Below are positions 36,641-45,838 of a stretch of 63,759 nucleotides of DNA, one piece after another (positions within the stretch are counted from its first letter, which is position 1; the number at the start of each line of letters is the position of its first letter). This DNA is from Candidatus Magasanikbacteria bacterium CG10_big_fil_rev_8_21_14_0_10_36_32. Its GTDB lineage: Bacteria; Patescibacteriota; Patescibacteriia; Magasanikbacterales; GWA2-37-8. The notes under the pieces were generated by a model. That model made no database searches and was not told the origin of the DNA. It saw nothing but the letters and a program-made list of their open reading frames with translations. The stretch covers positions 35,943 to 99,701 of the forward strand of contig PFBV01000004.1 of the NCBI GenBank assembly GCA_002778465.1, given 5' to 3'. The position numbers and the translations under genes are program-made.

Positions 36641-37761
36641 AAATCGCTCATGTAGTTTCTACTTTTTGGCCGCGTTTTGGGGGAATAGGCCAAGTATGTT
36701 TTGAAGAAGTAAAAAGATTGACCGCTCACGGACATCAGGTTTCGGTTTTTACTTTGCTTTATCCAGGGTTGCCGGAAAAAGATATAAAAGACGGTTTTTC
36801 CATTGAACGTCTTAATCCGCTGATAAAATTTGGCGATGCCGGCATCACGCCGTCTTTATCGTCAAAATTGAAAGGTTTTGATTTAATACATTTGCACTAT
36901 CCTTTTTATGGCGGTGCCGAATGGGTTTTGCCGGTTGTTGGAAAATCCAAAGCTAAATTAATCGTCACTTATCATATGGATGCGGCGCCATCTGGCTGGT
37001 TGAAAAAAATTTTTCAAAAAATTTATGATTTAATTTTCCCCCGGCTTATTTTTAAAGCGGCGGAAAAAATTATCGGCGTGGATGAAGAATATTTGGTTGA
37101 TTCCGGATTTTATAAATCAGTTTATGAAAAATCGGTGATTTTGCCTAATGGGGTGGAAACAGATATTTTTAAACCGCAACCGGCGGAATTGTCTTTGTTG
37201 GGATTGGAACATTTAGCCGGAAAGAAAATTGTTTTATTTATTGGCAATTTGATGCCAATCAAACGGTTAGATTTGTTAATTGAAGCTCTTGGAATTTTGA
37301 ATGATTCGGAATTATCATTGGTGGTTGTTGGTGGCGGATATGATGAATATCGTTATAAAAAAATGTTATCAGAATCAAAATTGGAGGATAAAGTTATTTT
37401 TACCGGACATTGCGCCGACGCAAAACGACTGACTGCTTTTTGCAACGCCGCCGATTGTTTGGTTGTGCCGTCTGACACTGAATCTTTTTCTTTGGTCGCG
37501 ATTTATGCTTTGTCGTCCGGCTTGCCGGTTATTGCCAGTGATATACCGGGTTTAAGAGGACGTGTGTCGGATGGTGTTGATGGATTTTTGTTTAAAAAAG
37601 GTTCGGCTGAAAGTTTGGCGGCTAGATTGAAAAAGTTTTTTGAATTACCTCCGGAGCAGAGAAAACAAATGGGAGAAAAAGGCCGAGAAAAAGTTTTGTC
37701 GGAATATACTTGGGATAAACATATGGAAAGTTTAGAAAAGATTTATTCTTCGGTTAGCTGA
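36637..37761 (+). CDS. GT-B fold glycosyltransferase (family 4/1)
   Basis: ATGA overlap with the preceding gene. ..PS..ESFSLVAIYALSSGLPVIASDI.G... EX7E-type C-terminal domain. Confidence 0.85.
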   Translation: MKIAHVVSTFWPRFGGIGQVCFEEVKRLTAHGHQVSVFTLLYPGLPEKDIKDGFSIERLNPLIKFGDAGITPSLSSKLKGFDLIHLHYPFYGGAEWVLPVVGKSKAKLIVTYHMDAAPSGWLKKIFQKIYDLIFPRLIFKAAEKIIGVDEEYLVDSGFYKSVYEKSVILPNGVETDIFKPQPAELSLLGLEHLAGKKIVLFIGNLMPIKRLDLLIEALGILNDSELSLVVVGGGYDEYRYKKMLSESKLEDKVIFTGHCADAKRLTAFCNAADCLVVPSDTESFSLVAIYALSSGLPVIASDIPGLRGRVSDGVDGFLFKKGSAESLAARLKKFFELPPEQRKQMGEKGREKVLSEYTWDKHMESLEKIYSSVS

Positions 37762-37768
37762 TTGTTTT

Positions 37769-38581
37769 ATGAATTTTAATTATGAACAATCAATTTGGGG
37801 GCGGGGGACGGCGACTTTGAATGTGTCGGATCCGTCTTGTTTTCGTTTGAAACAATGTTTAAAATCTTTTTTAAATTTGCCAGCTAACGGCCGTATTTTA
37901 GAAGTTGGTTGCGGCGCCGGACAATTTATTGGAGCTATCAAAAAAAATATGCTTCAAGCTGATTGTCGCGGTTGTGATATTAGTCAACAGGCGATTGAAC
38001 AGGCTAAACAAAGAAATGATGGTGTGATTTATGAATTGATGAATAATGAAAATTCTTTACCTTATGATAGTGATTCGTTTGATGGGGTGGCGATATTTGA
38101 TGTTTTGGAACATGCGGTTAATCCTGAAAATTTATTGAAAGAAATTTATCGGATTTTACGCCCGCATGGAGTTTTTTATATGTTTGTGCCATGTGAAGGT
38201 GATAATTTATCTTTTTGGCATTGGTTGGATAAATTAGGATTAAAAAATAATTTGACCAAAAAATTCGCCGGTCACATTAATTATTTTTCTCGCGGCGATA
38301 TTGTGCGGTTATTGCAAAAAAATGGATTTGACATCAGCCGCTGTCGTTACAGCGAACATATTGTCGGGCAAAAACTCGGAGTTTTTTCATTTTTTATGAT
38401 GAATCGTGCCGCTAAAAAACAAAATGGCGGACAAATTAATAATGAGGAATATTTTGCGAAATTTAATGGTTCTGGTGTTTCGTTGTTTAAAAAATTTGTT
38501 AACGCATGGATTAATTTAGAATCTTGTTTGTGGCAGAAAATTCCGTCGCCGAATTTACATATCACATCAATCAAAAAATAA
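37769..38581 (+). CDS. class I SAM-dependent methyltransferase
   Basis: Motif I ILEVGCGAGQF and motif post-I/II ..FDGVAIFDVLEH. Confidence 0.8.
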   Translation: MNFNYEQSIWGRGTATLNVSDPSCFRLKQCLKSFLNLPANGRILEVGCGAGQFIGAIKKNMLQADCRGCDISQQAIEQAKQRNDGVIYELMNNENSLPYDSDSFDGVAIFDVLEHAVNPENLLKEIYRILRPHGVFYMFVPCEGDNLSFWHWLDKLGLKNNLTKKFAGHINYFSRGDIVRLLQKNGFDISRCRYSEHIVGQKLGVFSFFMMNRAAKKQNGGQINNEEYFAKFNGSGVSLFKKFVNAWINLESCLWQKIPSPNLHITSIKK

Positions 38582-38583
38582 TT

Positions 38584-39222
38584 ATGAAAGTTTTACATAT
38601 TGTTCCGTCTGCTTTTGATTATTTTAACGATATTAGAGATTTTGTGTTTCAACTGACTGATCATTTGTCTGATTTGGAAGTGGAATCTGAAATTTTTACA
38701 TTGCAATATGGCACTACTACCCGACAAACAAAAATTGAAATCTGGCAAAAATCACCAGGCGCTTCTTTTGAAGGTCATATTAAAATTAATGAAATAATCG
38801 CCTCACTGGATAATTTTGATATTATTCATTTACATTGTCCTTTTTTGGGTGCCGCCAGACGATTATTGGCTTGGAAAAAACAAAATCCGGACAGAAAACT
38901 GATTATTACTTATTATCGCGATATAAGGTTGACAGACCTGTTTTCTTTTTTCATTTTGTTGTATAATAATTACTATCTGCCGAAAATATTTAAAGTGGCA
39001 GATGCAATCAGTTGCTTGTCAGCTGAAGATTTAAAACGAACTTCGGCTTGGCGTTGGATGAAAGACAAAAAGGCGATAATTGAGTTGAAAAGTATGGCCG
39101 ATAAATCGGAAAATCAGCCAAATGTCCACTTGACAGAAGATGTCAATAATATACAATTAATACCGGCTGCGGAATTGGCGGAAGCCTGTATTCGCGCCTA
39201 TAATAAACTTTTAGTTAAATAA
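38584..39222 (+). CDS. stand-alone GT4 N-terminal-domain-like protein
   Basis: MKVLHIVPS..., IIHLHCPFLGAARRLL aligns to LIHLHYPFYGGAEWVL of the 36637 product. No EX7E C-terminal domain. Confidence 0.45.
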   Translation: MKVLHIVPSAFDYFNDIRDFVFQLTDHLSDLEVESEIFTLQYGTTTRQTKIEIWQKSPGASFEGHIKINEIIASLDNFDIIHLHCPFLGAARRLLAWKKQNPDRKLIITYYRDIRLTDLFSFFILLYNNYYLPKIFKVADAISCLSAEDLKRTSAWRWMKDKKAIIELKSMADKSENQPNVHLTEDVNNIQLIPAAELAEACIRAYNKLLVK

Positions 39223-39234
39223 TCAATATTATTT

Positions 39235-40071
39235 ATGTCTGAAGATAAAAAGAATTTTTTTAACAGTTTAGAGCCGAAAAGCGCTTTGATTGTCGGACTT
39301 ATTTCCGGTATTTTAGTGCTTTGTACAATCGGTTTTATTGTTATGAGCGCTTTATTTTTGAGTGGAAATTTGGGTAGTTGCGGCGGCGACGAAATGCTCA
39401 GTTTAACGGATAGTGTGTTGGCCGGCGGCGAACAAGCTTCTGCCGATGTGCCAAAAACCGACAAACCGACCGTTGAATTATTCGTAATGTCTTATTGTCC
39501 ATACGGTTTACAGATGGAAAAGGCCTTTTTACCGGTGATGGATCTTTTGAAGGATGAAGCCACAATGGATATTAAATTTGTATCTTATGCTATGCACGGC
39601 AAGAAAGAAATTGATGAAAATACTAGACAATATTGTATTCAGAAAGAACAAAATGGAAAATTCCTTGATTATATGGAATGTTTTACAGGAAAAGATGATT
39701 CCGCCGGTTGTTTGAAAGCAAGCGGAATTGATGAAGCCAAAATGAATGCGTGTGTGGCAAAATCTGACAAAGATTTTGGCATTACCGCTCAATATAATGA
39801 CCAAGCTTCATGGTTAAGCGGACAATTCCCGATTTATCCGGTTCACGAAGAATTAAATGAGCAATATGGCGTTCAGGGTTCTCCAACTTTGGTGATTAAT
39901 GGCGTGGAAGCCAATGCTTCCCGTAGTCCGGAAGCGATAAAACAGGTTGTTTGTTCCAGTTTTAAAACTCCGCCGGATTTATGTAAACAAATACTCAGTA
40001 ATTCAGCTGCCGGCGCAGGATTTGGCAATACGGCCGGAACAGCTGATGCTTCAGCCGGTTGTGGCGGTTAA
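39235..40071 (+). CDS. membrane-anchored thioredoxin-fold (DsbA/glutaredoxin-like) protein
   Basis: N-terminal TM helix, CPYG redox motif in FVMSYCPYGLQ, several additional Cys pairs. Confidence 0.6.
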   Translation: MSEDKKNFFNSLEPKSALIVGLISGILVLCTIGFIVMSALFLSGNLGSCGGDEMLSLTDSVLAGGEQASADVPKTDKPTVELFVMSYCPYGLQMEKAFLPVMDLLKDEATMDIKFVSYAMHGKKEIDENTRQYCIQKEQNGKFLDYMECFTGKDDSAGCLKASGIDEAKMNACVAKSDKDFGITAQYNDQASWLSGQFPIYPVHEELNEQYGVQGSPTLVINGVEANASRSPEAIKQVVCSSFKTPPDLCKQILSNSAAGAGFGNTAGTADASAGCGG

Positions 40072-40121
40072 TTCTACTTTTCCTCATCGTTTACTTTTTA
40101 CTAACTATTAATTAATGTTCT

Positions 40122-40433
40122 ATGGGAAGATTTAAAAAAGGACTTTTTTTAGGCGGATTAATTGGCGCCGCTGCTATGTGGTTGAATACTACTATTAAAG
40201 GCAAAGAAATTCGTGCTAAAATCGCCGCTCACTTGGAACCTCTCTATGCTGAATTGAAAGAAACTATCAAAACTTTGGAAGGGCCGACTAAAGAAATGTA
40301 TGATGCTTTAGTGGAACGGGCTGTTGAAGAATATGCCGCAAAAAAAGAAATGGCGGTTGATATGAAAAATCATTTGATAAAGGAATTGCAGAAACGATGG
40401 GATGGGTTGGCTGAAGAAATTAGAAATAAATAA
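40122..40433 (+). CDS. YtxH-like small membrane-anchored protein
   Basis: GLFLGGLIGAAAMWL helix followed by a charged helical region. 103 aa. Confidence 0.55.
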   Translation: MGRFKKGLFLGGLIGAAAMWLNTTIKGKEIRAKIAAHLEPLYAELKETIKTLEGPTKEMYDALVERAVEEYAAKKEMAVDMKNHLIKELQKRWDGLAEEIRNK

Positions 40434-40440
40434 TCATAAA

Positions 40441-40462
40441 AACCGCCGTAAGGCGGTTTTTT
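40441..40462 (+). terminator. intrinsic terminator
   Basis: AACCGCC, loop GTAA, GGCGGTT, then TTTTT. Confidence 0.8.
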
Positions 40463-40465
40463 GAT

Positions 40466-40496
40466 AAATAAAAAGACCCTGGTATATGCCGGGGTC
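40466..40496 (-). terminator. intrinsic terminator for the 40517 minus-strand gene
   Basis: GACCCTGG (40475-82) pairs with CCGGGGTC (40489-96). T-run on the minus strand. Confidence 0.65.
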
Positions 40497-40516
40497 GGAA
40501 AGAACTTTGAAACGAA

Positions 40517-41062
40517 TTAAAAGCGTGGGTAGAAAATTCTGAATCTGCCACCCCACTTGTATGTATCGTCGATTGAAAGTGTGTTGAGGTTCCAACCTTC
40601 GTTAAACCAAGTTGTGATGACGGTTCGTGGAATACCACTGGTGTCGCGGACACAGAATATGTTTGGGTGGCCTTTGTGGAGAATGGCCTGGCGTTGTCCG
40701 CTTTTCTGGTGTTTCATCAGTTGGTAAATTCCGAACATGGTCGTTATGACTTTGGATTCACCGCCCAAATTGGCGATGATTTTTTTTGGGTTGAAATGAT
40801 CTTTCTGATGATCAAGGTAACCGTACTGAATTGGTGTGTTTTTTGTTTTTTCACAAAGCCCGAAAAAATATTTTTTAAACAAATGGTTGGCGCCGGAAAT
40901 TTTTACCGTCGCTGTTTCAGAAGTGTCTGTTTTAAAATTGTCGGACACGACGAAAACGATATTTGTGTCGGGTTTTTGCGCGTTGTCAGTTTTCAGAATA
41001 GATTGCCACAGCTTGCTGAGAGATTTTAAAATTTTCTCATACCAGTTGTTTTTACGGTTCAT
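40517..41062 (-). CDS. hypothetical protein (orphan, GC-shifted)
   Basis: 181-aa ORF with its own terminator. 24/60 and 32/60 GC in the lines at 40561 and 40621. No motif recognised. Confidence 0.55.
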   Translation of the reverse strand: MNRKNNWYEKILKSLSKLWQSILKTDNAQKPDTNIVFVVSDNFKTDTSETATVKISGANHLFKKYFFGLCEKTKNTPIQYGYLDHQKDHFNPKKIIANLGGESKVITTMFGIYQLMKHQKSGQRQAILHKGHPNIFCVRDTSGIPRTVITTWFNEGWNLNTLSIDDTYKWGGRFRIFYPRF

Positions 41063-41162
41063 TGTTCACCCCGTTTCATTGTTTATGATGATTTTGTTGG
41101 TAAAGAGCTGATAAAAAAAATATAACAAATTTTATTCAAATTGTCAATCATCAAAATTCGGC

Positions 41163-41181
41163 ATACCCATTTAAATAGGTA
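41163..41181. repeat. degenerate copy of the ATACCCATTTAAATGGGTAT palindrome
   Basis: ATACCCATTTAAATAGGTA, in the intergenic region upstream of the MazG-like gene. Confidence 0.6.
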
Positions 41182-41267
41182 GTTAAATTTTTGCTTTATA
41201 TTGCTTGATTTAATTTTTTGTTGTAGTATTAAATTAATAAAAATATAAATTATCTATAAAAAATCAT

Positions 41268-41615
41268 ATGGATAGCGTAAAAGAATTAACCAAAAAAATA
41301 ATCACTTTTCGTGATGCTCGCGATTGGAAACAGTTTCATAATCCGAAAGATTCGGCGATTTCGCTGGTTTTGGAAGCAGGGGAAGTGTTGGAACATTTTC
41401 AATGGAAGAACAAGGAAGAAATGGAGGAATATGTTAAAACTTACAAAGAACATATTGGCGAGGAATTGGCCGATGTGTTGTCTTGGATTTTATTGATGAG
41501 TTATGATTTGGATATTGATATAGTTGATGCGTTAGAGAAAAAATATAAAAAGAATGAGGATAAATATCCGGTTGAAAAAGCCAAAGGAAAACATACTAAA
41601 TATAATAAGTTGTAA
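41268..41615 (+). CDS. MazG-like nucleotide pyrophosphohydrolase (single-domain, dCTPase-like)
   Basis: F...RDW.QFH.PK.....L.LEAGE.LE.FQW........EELADVL. Confidence 0.78.
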   Translation: MDSVKELTKKIITFRDARDWKQFHNPKDSAISLVLEAGEVLEHFQWKNKEEMEEYVKTYKEHIGEELADVLSWILLMSYDLDIDIVDALEKKYKKNEDKYPVEKAKGKHTKYNKL

Positions 41616-41629
41616 ATTATAATAAATCA

Positions 41630-41655
41630 AAAATACCCATTTAAATGGGTATTTT
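41630..41655. repeat. perfect 26-nt palindrome AAAATACCCATTTAAATGGGTATTTT (copy B)
   Basis: Identical to 26536-26561. Lies 15 nt after the MazG-like stop. Confidence 0.9.
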
Positions 41656-41881
41656 TGGTCTAATTTTTATTCGGGTTGTGTTGTGTACTTTTTTGTTTAA
41701 AGAGAGTAAAATTAAACAATTAAATTAATAATTAAACTTATGAAAATTAAAGAGTCGGCAGTATTTTACTTTAGGAATTAAAAATGTCAAAGTAGAGTAA
41801 TTAAACATTTCTTTTTGTTTTAAAACAAATCTCAAAGGTTGAAGAAGTGATAGAAAATAATTAAAAAATATTTTTAAATTT

Positions 41882-42088
41882 ATGAAAAGAAAAGCAGATG
41901 CTGAAAAAATAAAAAAAATATTGGAAAAGAGAGGATATCCAAACGGTGAAGTGCCGAGAGGACATGAAGTGCATCATATTAAACCTCTCGCAAAAGGCGG
42001 AAAAGATACCCCCAAAAATCTCGTTGTAATAAAAGTTAGCAAACACAAACAAATACATAAAAATCGTAGAAAGCGTGGGGAAGAATAA
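41882..42088 (+). CDS. minimal HNH endonuclease (68 aa)
   Basis: GHEVHHIKPLAKGGKDTPKNLVVIKVSKHKQIH (H-N-H core). Confidence 0.7.
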   Translation: MKRKADAEKIKKILEKRGYPNGEVPRGHEVHHIKPLAKGGKDTPKNLVVIKVSKHKQIHKNRRKRGEE

Positions 42089-42184
42089 AAATAATTTAAA
42101 GTAGGTAGAGCGAGTGGAGCGTAGGGGATGTTGAAAATCGGTAATTCAGTAAAGATCGCGCCAATCGCGCCCGAAATAATTATT

Positions 42185-42215
42185 CAAAACAGGTCATCCG
42201 GCCTGTTTTGTTTTT
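42185..42215 (+). terminator. intrinsic terminator
   Basis: AAAACAGG (42185-92) pairs with CCTGTTTT (42201-08), then GTTTTT. Confidence 0.7.
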
Positions 42216-42305
42216 ACCAGTATAATTTAGTTTCTAGAAAGATAGTTTTTAGCTTGACAAATAGAAAAAAAGGAGTAGAGTATCTCTATTAAAAGGATTT
42301 TTTAT

Positions 42306-43211
42306 ATGAGTAAAAAATTAATTACACAGATTGATGATTTTTTAACAAATAATATTGTAGTGACAATCGCAATTGGCTATTATTTGTTTTTAATAGTTAT
42401 TCTTTTAATACGTTGGTTGTCTCCATATGTTAAAGATAATAATGATTTTACTATTGTCTTAAACATAATTAACATAGTAGTAATATTTGCTACTTTTTTA
42501 GCCATATTTTTGTATACACTTGAAACAAAAGATTTAAAAAAAATACAGAAAAAACAATTAGAGCATCAGCAAGAAAGTAATTTGCGCCCTGTTATTTTAC
42601 GAAGTGGTTGGATATCAAAATGGGAGGATATAAAGTTTAGTATCAAAAACGGGCAGTTGAAAGGTCAACCGTTGCAATTTACTATTCTAAAAAACATTGC
42701 AAAGGATATAAGTGGTTACATTATAATTAATAAAAATAAATATAACCTCCTTTTTGCAAATGAAATATCACAAATTAATGAAAAAGATTCGTTGACCTTG
42801 CTTTCTGATCTTGAAAAAAGAATAATGATTCATCTTTATGAAATTTATACTAAAACTAAGATGAACTCAAAATGGAAAATTTCGGAAGCTAAGCAGACAT
42901 TGGATATAAAAGAAGGTGAATATATGGGTACTTTAAATAGTAGTAGATATATTCGAATTATAGATGATGAATTTCGATTGACCAATGATGGAATACGTTT
43001 TATGGATAGTGAAAAACCAAAGGCTTTTCAGTTTTTGCCAAGTTGGGGCTGGATGAATGCAGGGACAAAAATTAATGCTATTTTTGAAAGTGGTAAATAT
43101 AAAGAGACACAAGAAGAAAATCAAATATATCTAACTTATACTGATATGGGTGAAAATAAATATTTTACGAGAGAAAATAAAGATTTTTCTCAAAGTTCTG
43201 GAAAATTATAA
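42306..43211 (+). CDS. hypothetical two-pass membrane protein with cytoplasmic/extracellular domain
   Basis: 301 aa with two N-terminal TM helices. Very AT-rich. TTGACA at 42254-59 upstream. No motif recognised. Confidence 0.5.
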   Translation: MSKKLITQIDDFLTNNIVVTIAIGYYLFLIVILLIRWLSPYVKDNNDFTIVLNIINIVVIFATFLAIFLYTLETKDLKKIQKKQLEHQQESNLRPVILRSGWISKWEDIKFSIKNGQLKGQPLQFTILKNIAKDISGYIIINKNKYNLLFANEISQINEKDSLTLLSDLEKRIMIHLYEIYTKTKMNSKWKISEAKQTLDIKEGEYMGTLNSSRYIRIIDDEFRLTNDGIRFMDSEKPKAFQFLPSWGWMNAGTKINAIFESGKYKETQEENQIYLTYTDMGENKYFTRENKDFSQSSGKL

Positions 43212-43229
43212 TTATTTTAAAAAATAAAA

Positions 43230-43253
43230 AACAGACTGTGAGGTCTGTTTTTT
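43230..43253 (+). terminator. intrinsic terminator
   Basis: AACAGAC (43230-36) pairs with GTCTGTT (43243-49), then a T-run. Confidence 0.7.
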
Positions 43254-43292
43254 AAATACCCATTCTAATACCCATTGTAATAGGTATTAGAA
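43254..43292. repeat. 1.5 related copies of the ATACCCATT palindrome family
   Basis: AAATACCCATT (43254-64) followed by ATACCCATTGTAATAGGTAT (43268-87), nested within the TTCTAATACC/GGTATTAGAA hairpin. Confidence 0.6.
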
Positions 43293-43344
43293 TTTTGAAC
43301 GGATTTGTGGTAGTATACAATTGTTAATTTGATAATTTTATTAT

Positions 43345-43521
43345 ATGTCAGCGAGAAAAACGGAAGACCGGAATATCCGGAAAATTGCGCGGATTGGTTC
43401 GTCTAGTTTGGGTATTACTTTACCGATTGAAATTTTGAGGGAATTAAAATGGAAAAAATTTCAAAAGGTTATTGTTAAAAAATCAGGCAAAAAAATAATC
43501 ATTGAAGATTGGAAAAAATAA
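43345..43521 (+). CDS. SpoVT/AbrB (MazE-like) fold small DNA-binding protein, 58 aa (below the ORF-track cutoff)
   Basis: Own translation: MSARKTEDRNIRKIARIGSSSLGITLPIEILRELKWKKFQKVIVKKSGKKIIIEDWKK. It has the swapped-hairpin pattern (G.S..v.lP.e.l..l) and ends 3 nt before the next start. Confidence 0.6.
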   Translation: MSARKTEDRNIRKIARIGSSSLGITLPIEILRELKWKKFQKVIVKKSGKKIIIEDWKK

Positions 43522-43524
43522 AAT

Positions 43525-43923
43525 ATGAACAACGCATATAATTGGTACTCCCAACTCATTAAACCATTCTGGTCTCCGCCATCTTGGCTTTTCGGTCCGG
43601 TTTGGACGGTTCTTTATATTTTAATCGCCATTTCTTTTGGCAAGGTATTATTAATGGCATTTCAAAAACAAATTAGCTGGATGGTGGCTTTGCCGTTTAT
43701 TCTGAATATCATCTTTAATCTTTCTTTCACCCCGTTGCAATTTGGATTGCAAAATAATTATCTAGCGGCGATTGATATTCTGTTGGTGCTTGGCACTTTG
43801 GTTTGGGCGATGGCAGCTATCTATTCGCATGCTCGCTGGATTACTTATGCGCAAATCCCGTATTTTCTTTGGGTTTTATTCGCCACGGTTTTGCAGTTGA
43901 CTATTACTTATTTAAACCGATAA
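43525..43923 (+). CDS. tspO: TspO/MBR-family tryptophan-rich membrane protein (short, 132 aa)
   Basis: NWYSQLIKPFWSPPSWLFGPVWTVLYILIA. Confidence 0.82.
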   Translation: MNNAYNWYSQLIKPFWSPPSWLFGPVWTVLYILIAISFGKVLLMAFQKQISWMVALPFILNIIFNLSFTPLQFGLQNNYLAAIDILLVLGTLVWAMAAIYSHARWITYAQIPYFLWVLFATVLQLTITYLNR

Positions 43924-43927
43924 CAAC

Positions 43928-43958
43928 AAAACCGCCGAAAGGCGGTTTTATTTTTTTT
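43928..43958. terminator. bidirectional terminator overlapping the recJ stop codon
   Basis: AAAACCGCC, loop GAAA, GGCGGTTTT, then a T-run. The recJ stop (43948-50) lies in the 3' arm. Confidence 0.8.
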
Positions 43959-45717
43959 GTAAATCTATCACAGTCAGCTGAAGTTCGCGGTTGCCATTCC
44001 ATTCATTCACGCTAATGCGGAATACCATATCTATTTTATCACCCGGTTTGAGAATTTCTCGCCAGTTAGAAGGATGTTTTCCAATGTCGCCGAAACCAAA
44101 GGCGATTGTTTTTTTAATTATTTGGGAATTATGTTTAACCATTAATTGCAGATGTTTTCTGTCTTGTCCGACCGGATTAACATTGACCACTGTTAAATCA
44201 GAAGCCAGATATTTTGGCTCTTCATTAGCTTGTCCAAATGGTTCAAATCTTTGTAAAATGTCATATAATTTCCAATCCACTTTGTCCAAATCCACTTCGG
44301 CATCAATGGTAATTTGTGGCGCCAATTCCATTCCAGCAGTAACGGCGGAAATTTTTTCTAGCATTTTTTCTTTGAAAGATTCTAATAAGTCCGGTGATTT
44401 TAAAGAAAAACCTCCAGCTTGAGGATGTCCGCCGAATTTACTGAATACTTCCGGCATTTCTTTCATGGCGGCAATCAAATTAAATTCCGCAATGCTTCTG
44501 GCTGAACCGGAAATTTCTCCATCGGTTAAACCCATCACAAACGATGGTTTATAATATAAATCTTTAAGTTTTCCAGCAATTAATCCGATAATACCAAGAG
44601 ACCAATTATCGCCGATTACAAATAAACCGGCGTTATTTTCTTGTTTTGTTTCTTTGATTTGAGAAATTGCCTGACTAACAAGTTGTTCAGTTAATTTTTG
44701 TCGGTCGTAATTATTTTTTCCCAACTGAACAGCTAAATCCGTGGCGGTTTTTTCGTCTTCAGCCATTAGTAAAGCAAAAGCCGAATTGGCATGATCCATT
44801 CGTCCGGCGGCATTAAGACGAGGAGCTAATTGGAAACTGACTGTTTCTGAATCATAGGTTCTTTTTGGTTTTCCTGTTTCGTCGGCCACTCCGGCGGCGA
44901 TTAATAATTGTCGCAAGCCGAGATTTTTAGTTTTATTCAAAACTGTCAGTCCATATCTGGCCAATGTTCTTGATTCGCCAAGCAGCGGCACCATATCAGC
45001 AATAGTGGCAACTGCCACCAAATCCAAAATCCATTTTTCAAAAGCTTCGTGAGTTTGTCCGTCCGGCAAAGTCTCGTTTTCTTCTTGATGTTTATTTAAA
45101 AGTCCTTGCGCCAATTTAAACGCTACCGCCGCGCCAGCCAGAGTTTTGCAAGGATAATTATCTTTTGGCGATAGGGGATGAATAATGGCGTCAGCCGGCG
45201 GAATTTCAATCGGAACAGTGTGATGATCAGTAACAATAATATCCATTCCTAATTTTTTTACTTCTTTAATTTCATTTAAATTACTGACACCGCAATCACA
45301 AGTAATAATCAAATCTGTTTTTTGTTCACGTAGAAGTTTCACTGTGTTTGTGTTTAAACCATAACCGTCAGTTTCGCGGTGGGGGAGGAAAACATTTACT
45401 TTTTTAGCGCCAAGTTTTTTTAAAGTTTGAATTAAAATCGCCGCCGAACAAACTCCGTCAGCATCGTAATCGCCGTGAACAACAATGTTTTTATTTTTTT
45501 TAATGGCGTTGAAAATCATTTTCGTCGCTTTTTCCATATCTTGAAAAATAAAGGGGTCATGAATATCCTGAACATAATCCGGATTTAAAAATTCATCGAT
45601 AGCCTCTTGAGTTTTGATATTTCTATTCCAAAGCAAACGGCAAATAATCGGCGGCAATTCAGGATATTGGCCGATAAATTCTTCGGGTGGCGGTAAAGTA
45701 ACAACCCATTTTTTCAT
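43948..45717 (-). CDS. recJ: single-stranded-DNA-specific exonuclease RecJ
   Basis: DHH-family motifs HGDYDADGV, DCG, VTDHH, plus DHHA1 GGH..AGG. Confidence 0.92.
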   Translation of the reverse strand: MKKWVVTLPPPEEFIGQYPELPPIICRLLWNRNIKTQEAIDEFLNPDYVQDIHDPFIFQDMEKATKMIFNAIKKNKNIVVHGDYDADGVCSAAILIQTLKKLGAKKVNVFLPHRETDGYGLNTNTVKLLREQKTDLIITCDCGVSNLNEIKEVKKLGMDIIVTDHHTVPIEIPPADAIIHPLSPKDNYPCKTLAGAAVAFKLAQGLLNKHQEENETLPDGQTHEAFEKWILDLVAVATIADMVPLLGESRTLARYGLTVLNKTKNLGLRQLLIAAGVADETGKPKRTYDSETVSFQLAPRLNAAGRMDHANSAFALLMAEDEKTATDLAVQLGKNNYDRQKLTEQLVSQAISQIKETKQENNAGLFVIGDNWSLGIIGLIAGKLKDLYYKPSFVMGLTDGEISGSARSIAEFNLIAAMKEMPEVFSKFGGHPQAGGFSLKSPDLLESFKEKMLEKISAVTAGMELAPQITIDAEVDLDKVDWKLYDILQRFEPFGQANEEPKYLASDLTVVNVNPVGQDRKHLQLMVKHNSQIIKKTIAFGFGDIGKHPSNWREILKPGDKIDMVFRISVNEWNGNRELQLTVIDLQKK

Positions 45718-45720
45718 AAA

Positions 45721-45819
45721 TTATAATTGAAACGCCGGAAGAATAGTGAACATTAACATGGCAAGTATGCCGACGACAGCCACTAAAATCCAAATATTTT
45801 TTACTGTTTTATGTTTCAT
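45721..45819 (-). CDS. possible 32-aa single-pass membrane peptide
   Basis: Own translation: MKHKTVKNIWILVAVVGILAMLMFTILPAFQL. It fills the lepA-recJ gap on the same strand. Confidence 0.25.
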   Translation of the reverse strand: MKHKTVKNIWILVAVVGILAMLMFTILPAFQL

Positions 45820-45838
45820 ATATTTAAAAAATTATAAA

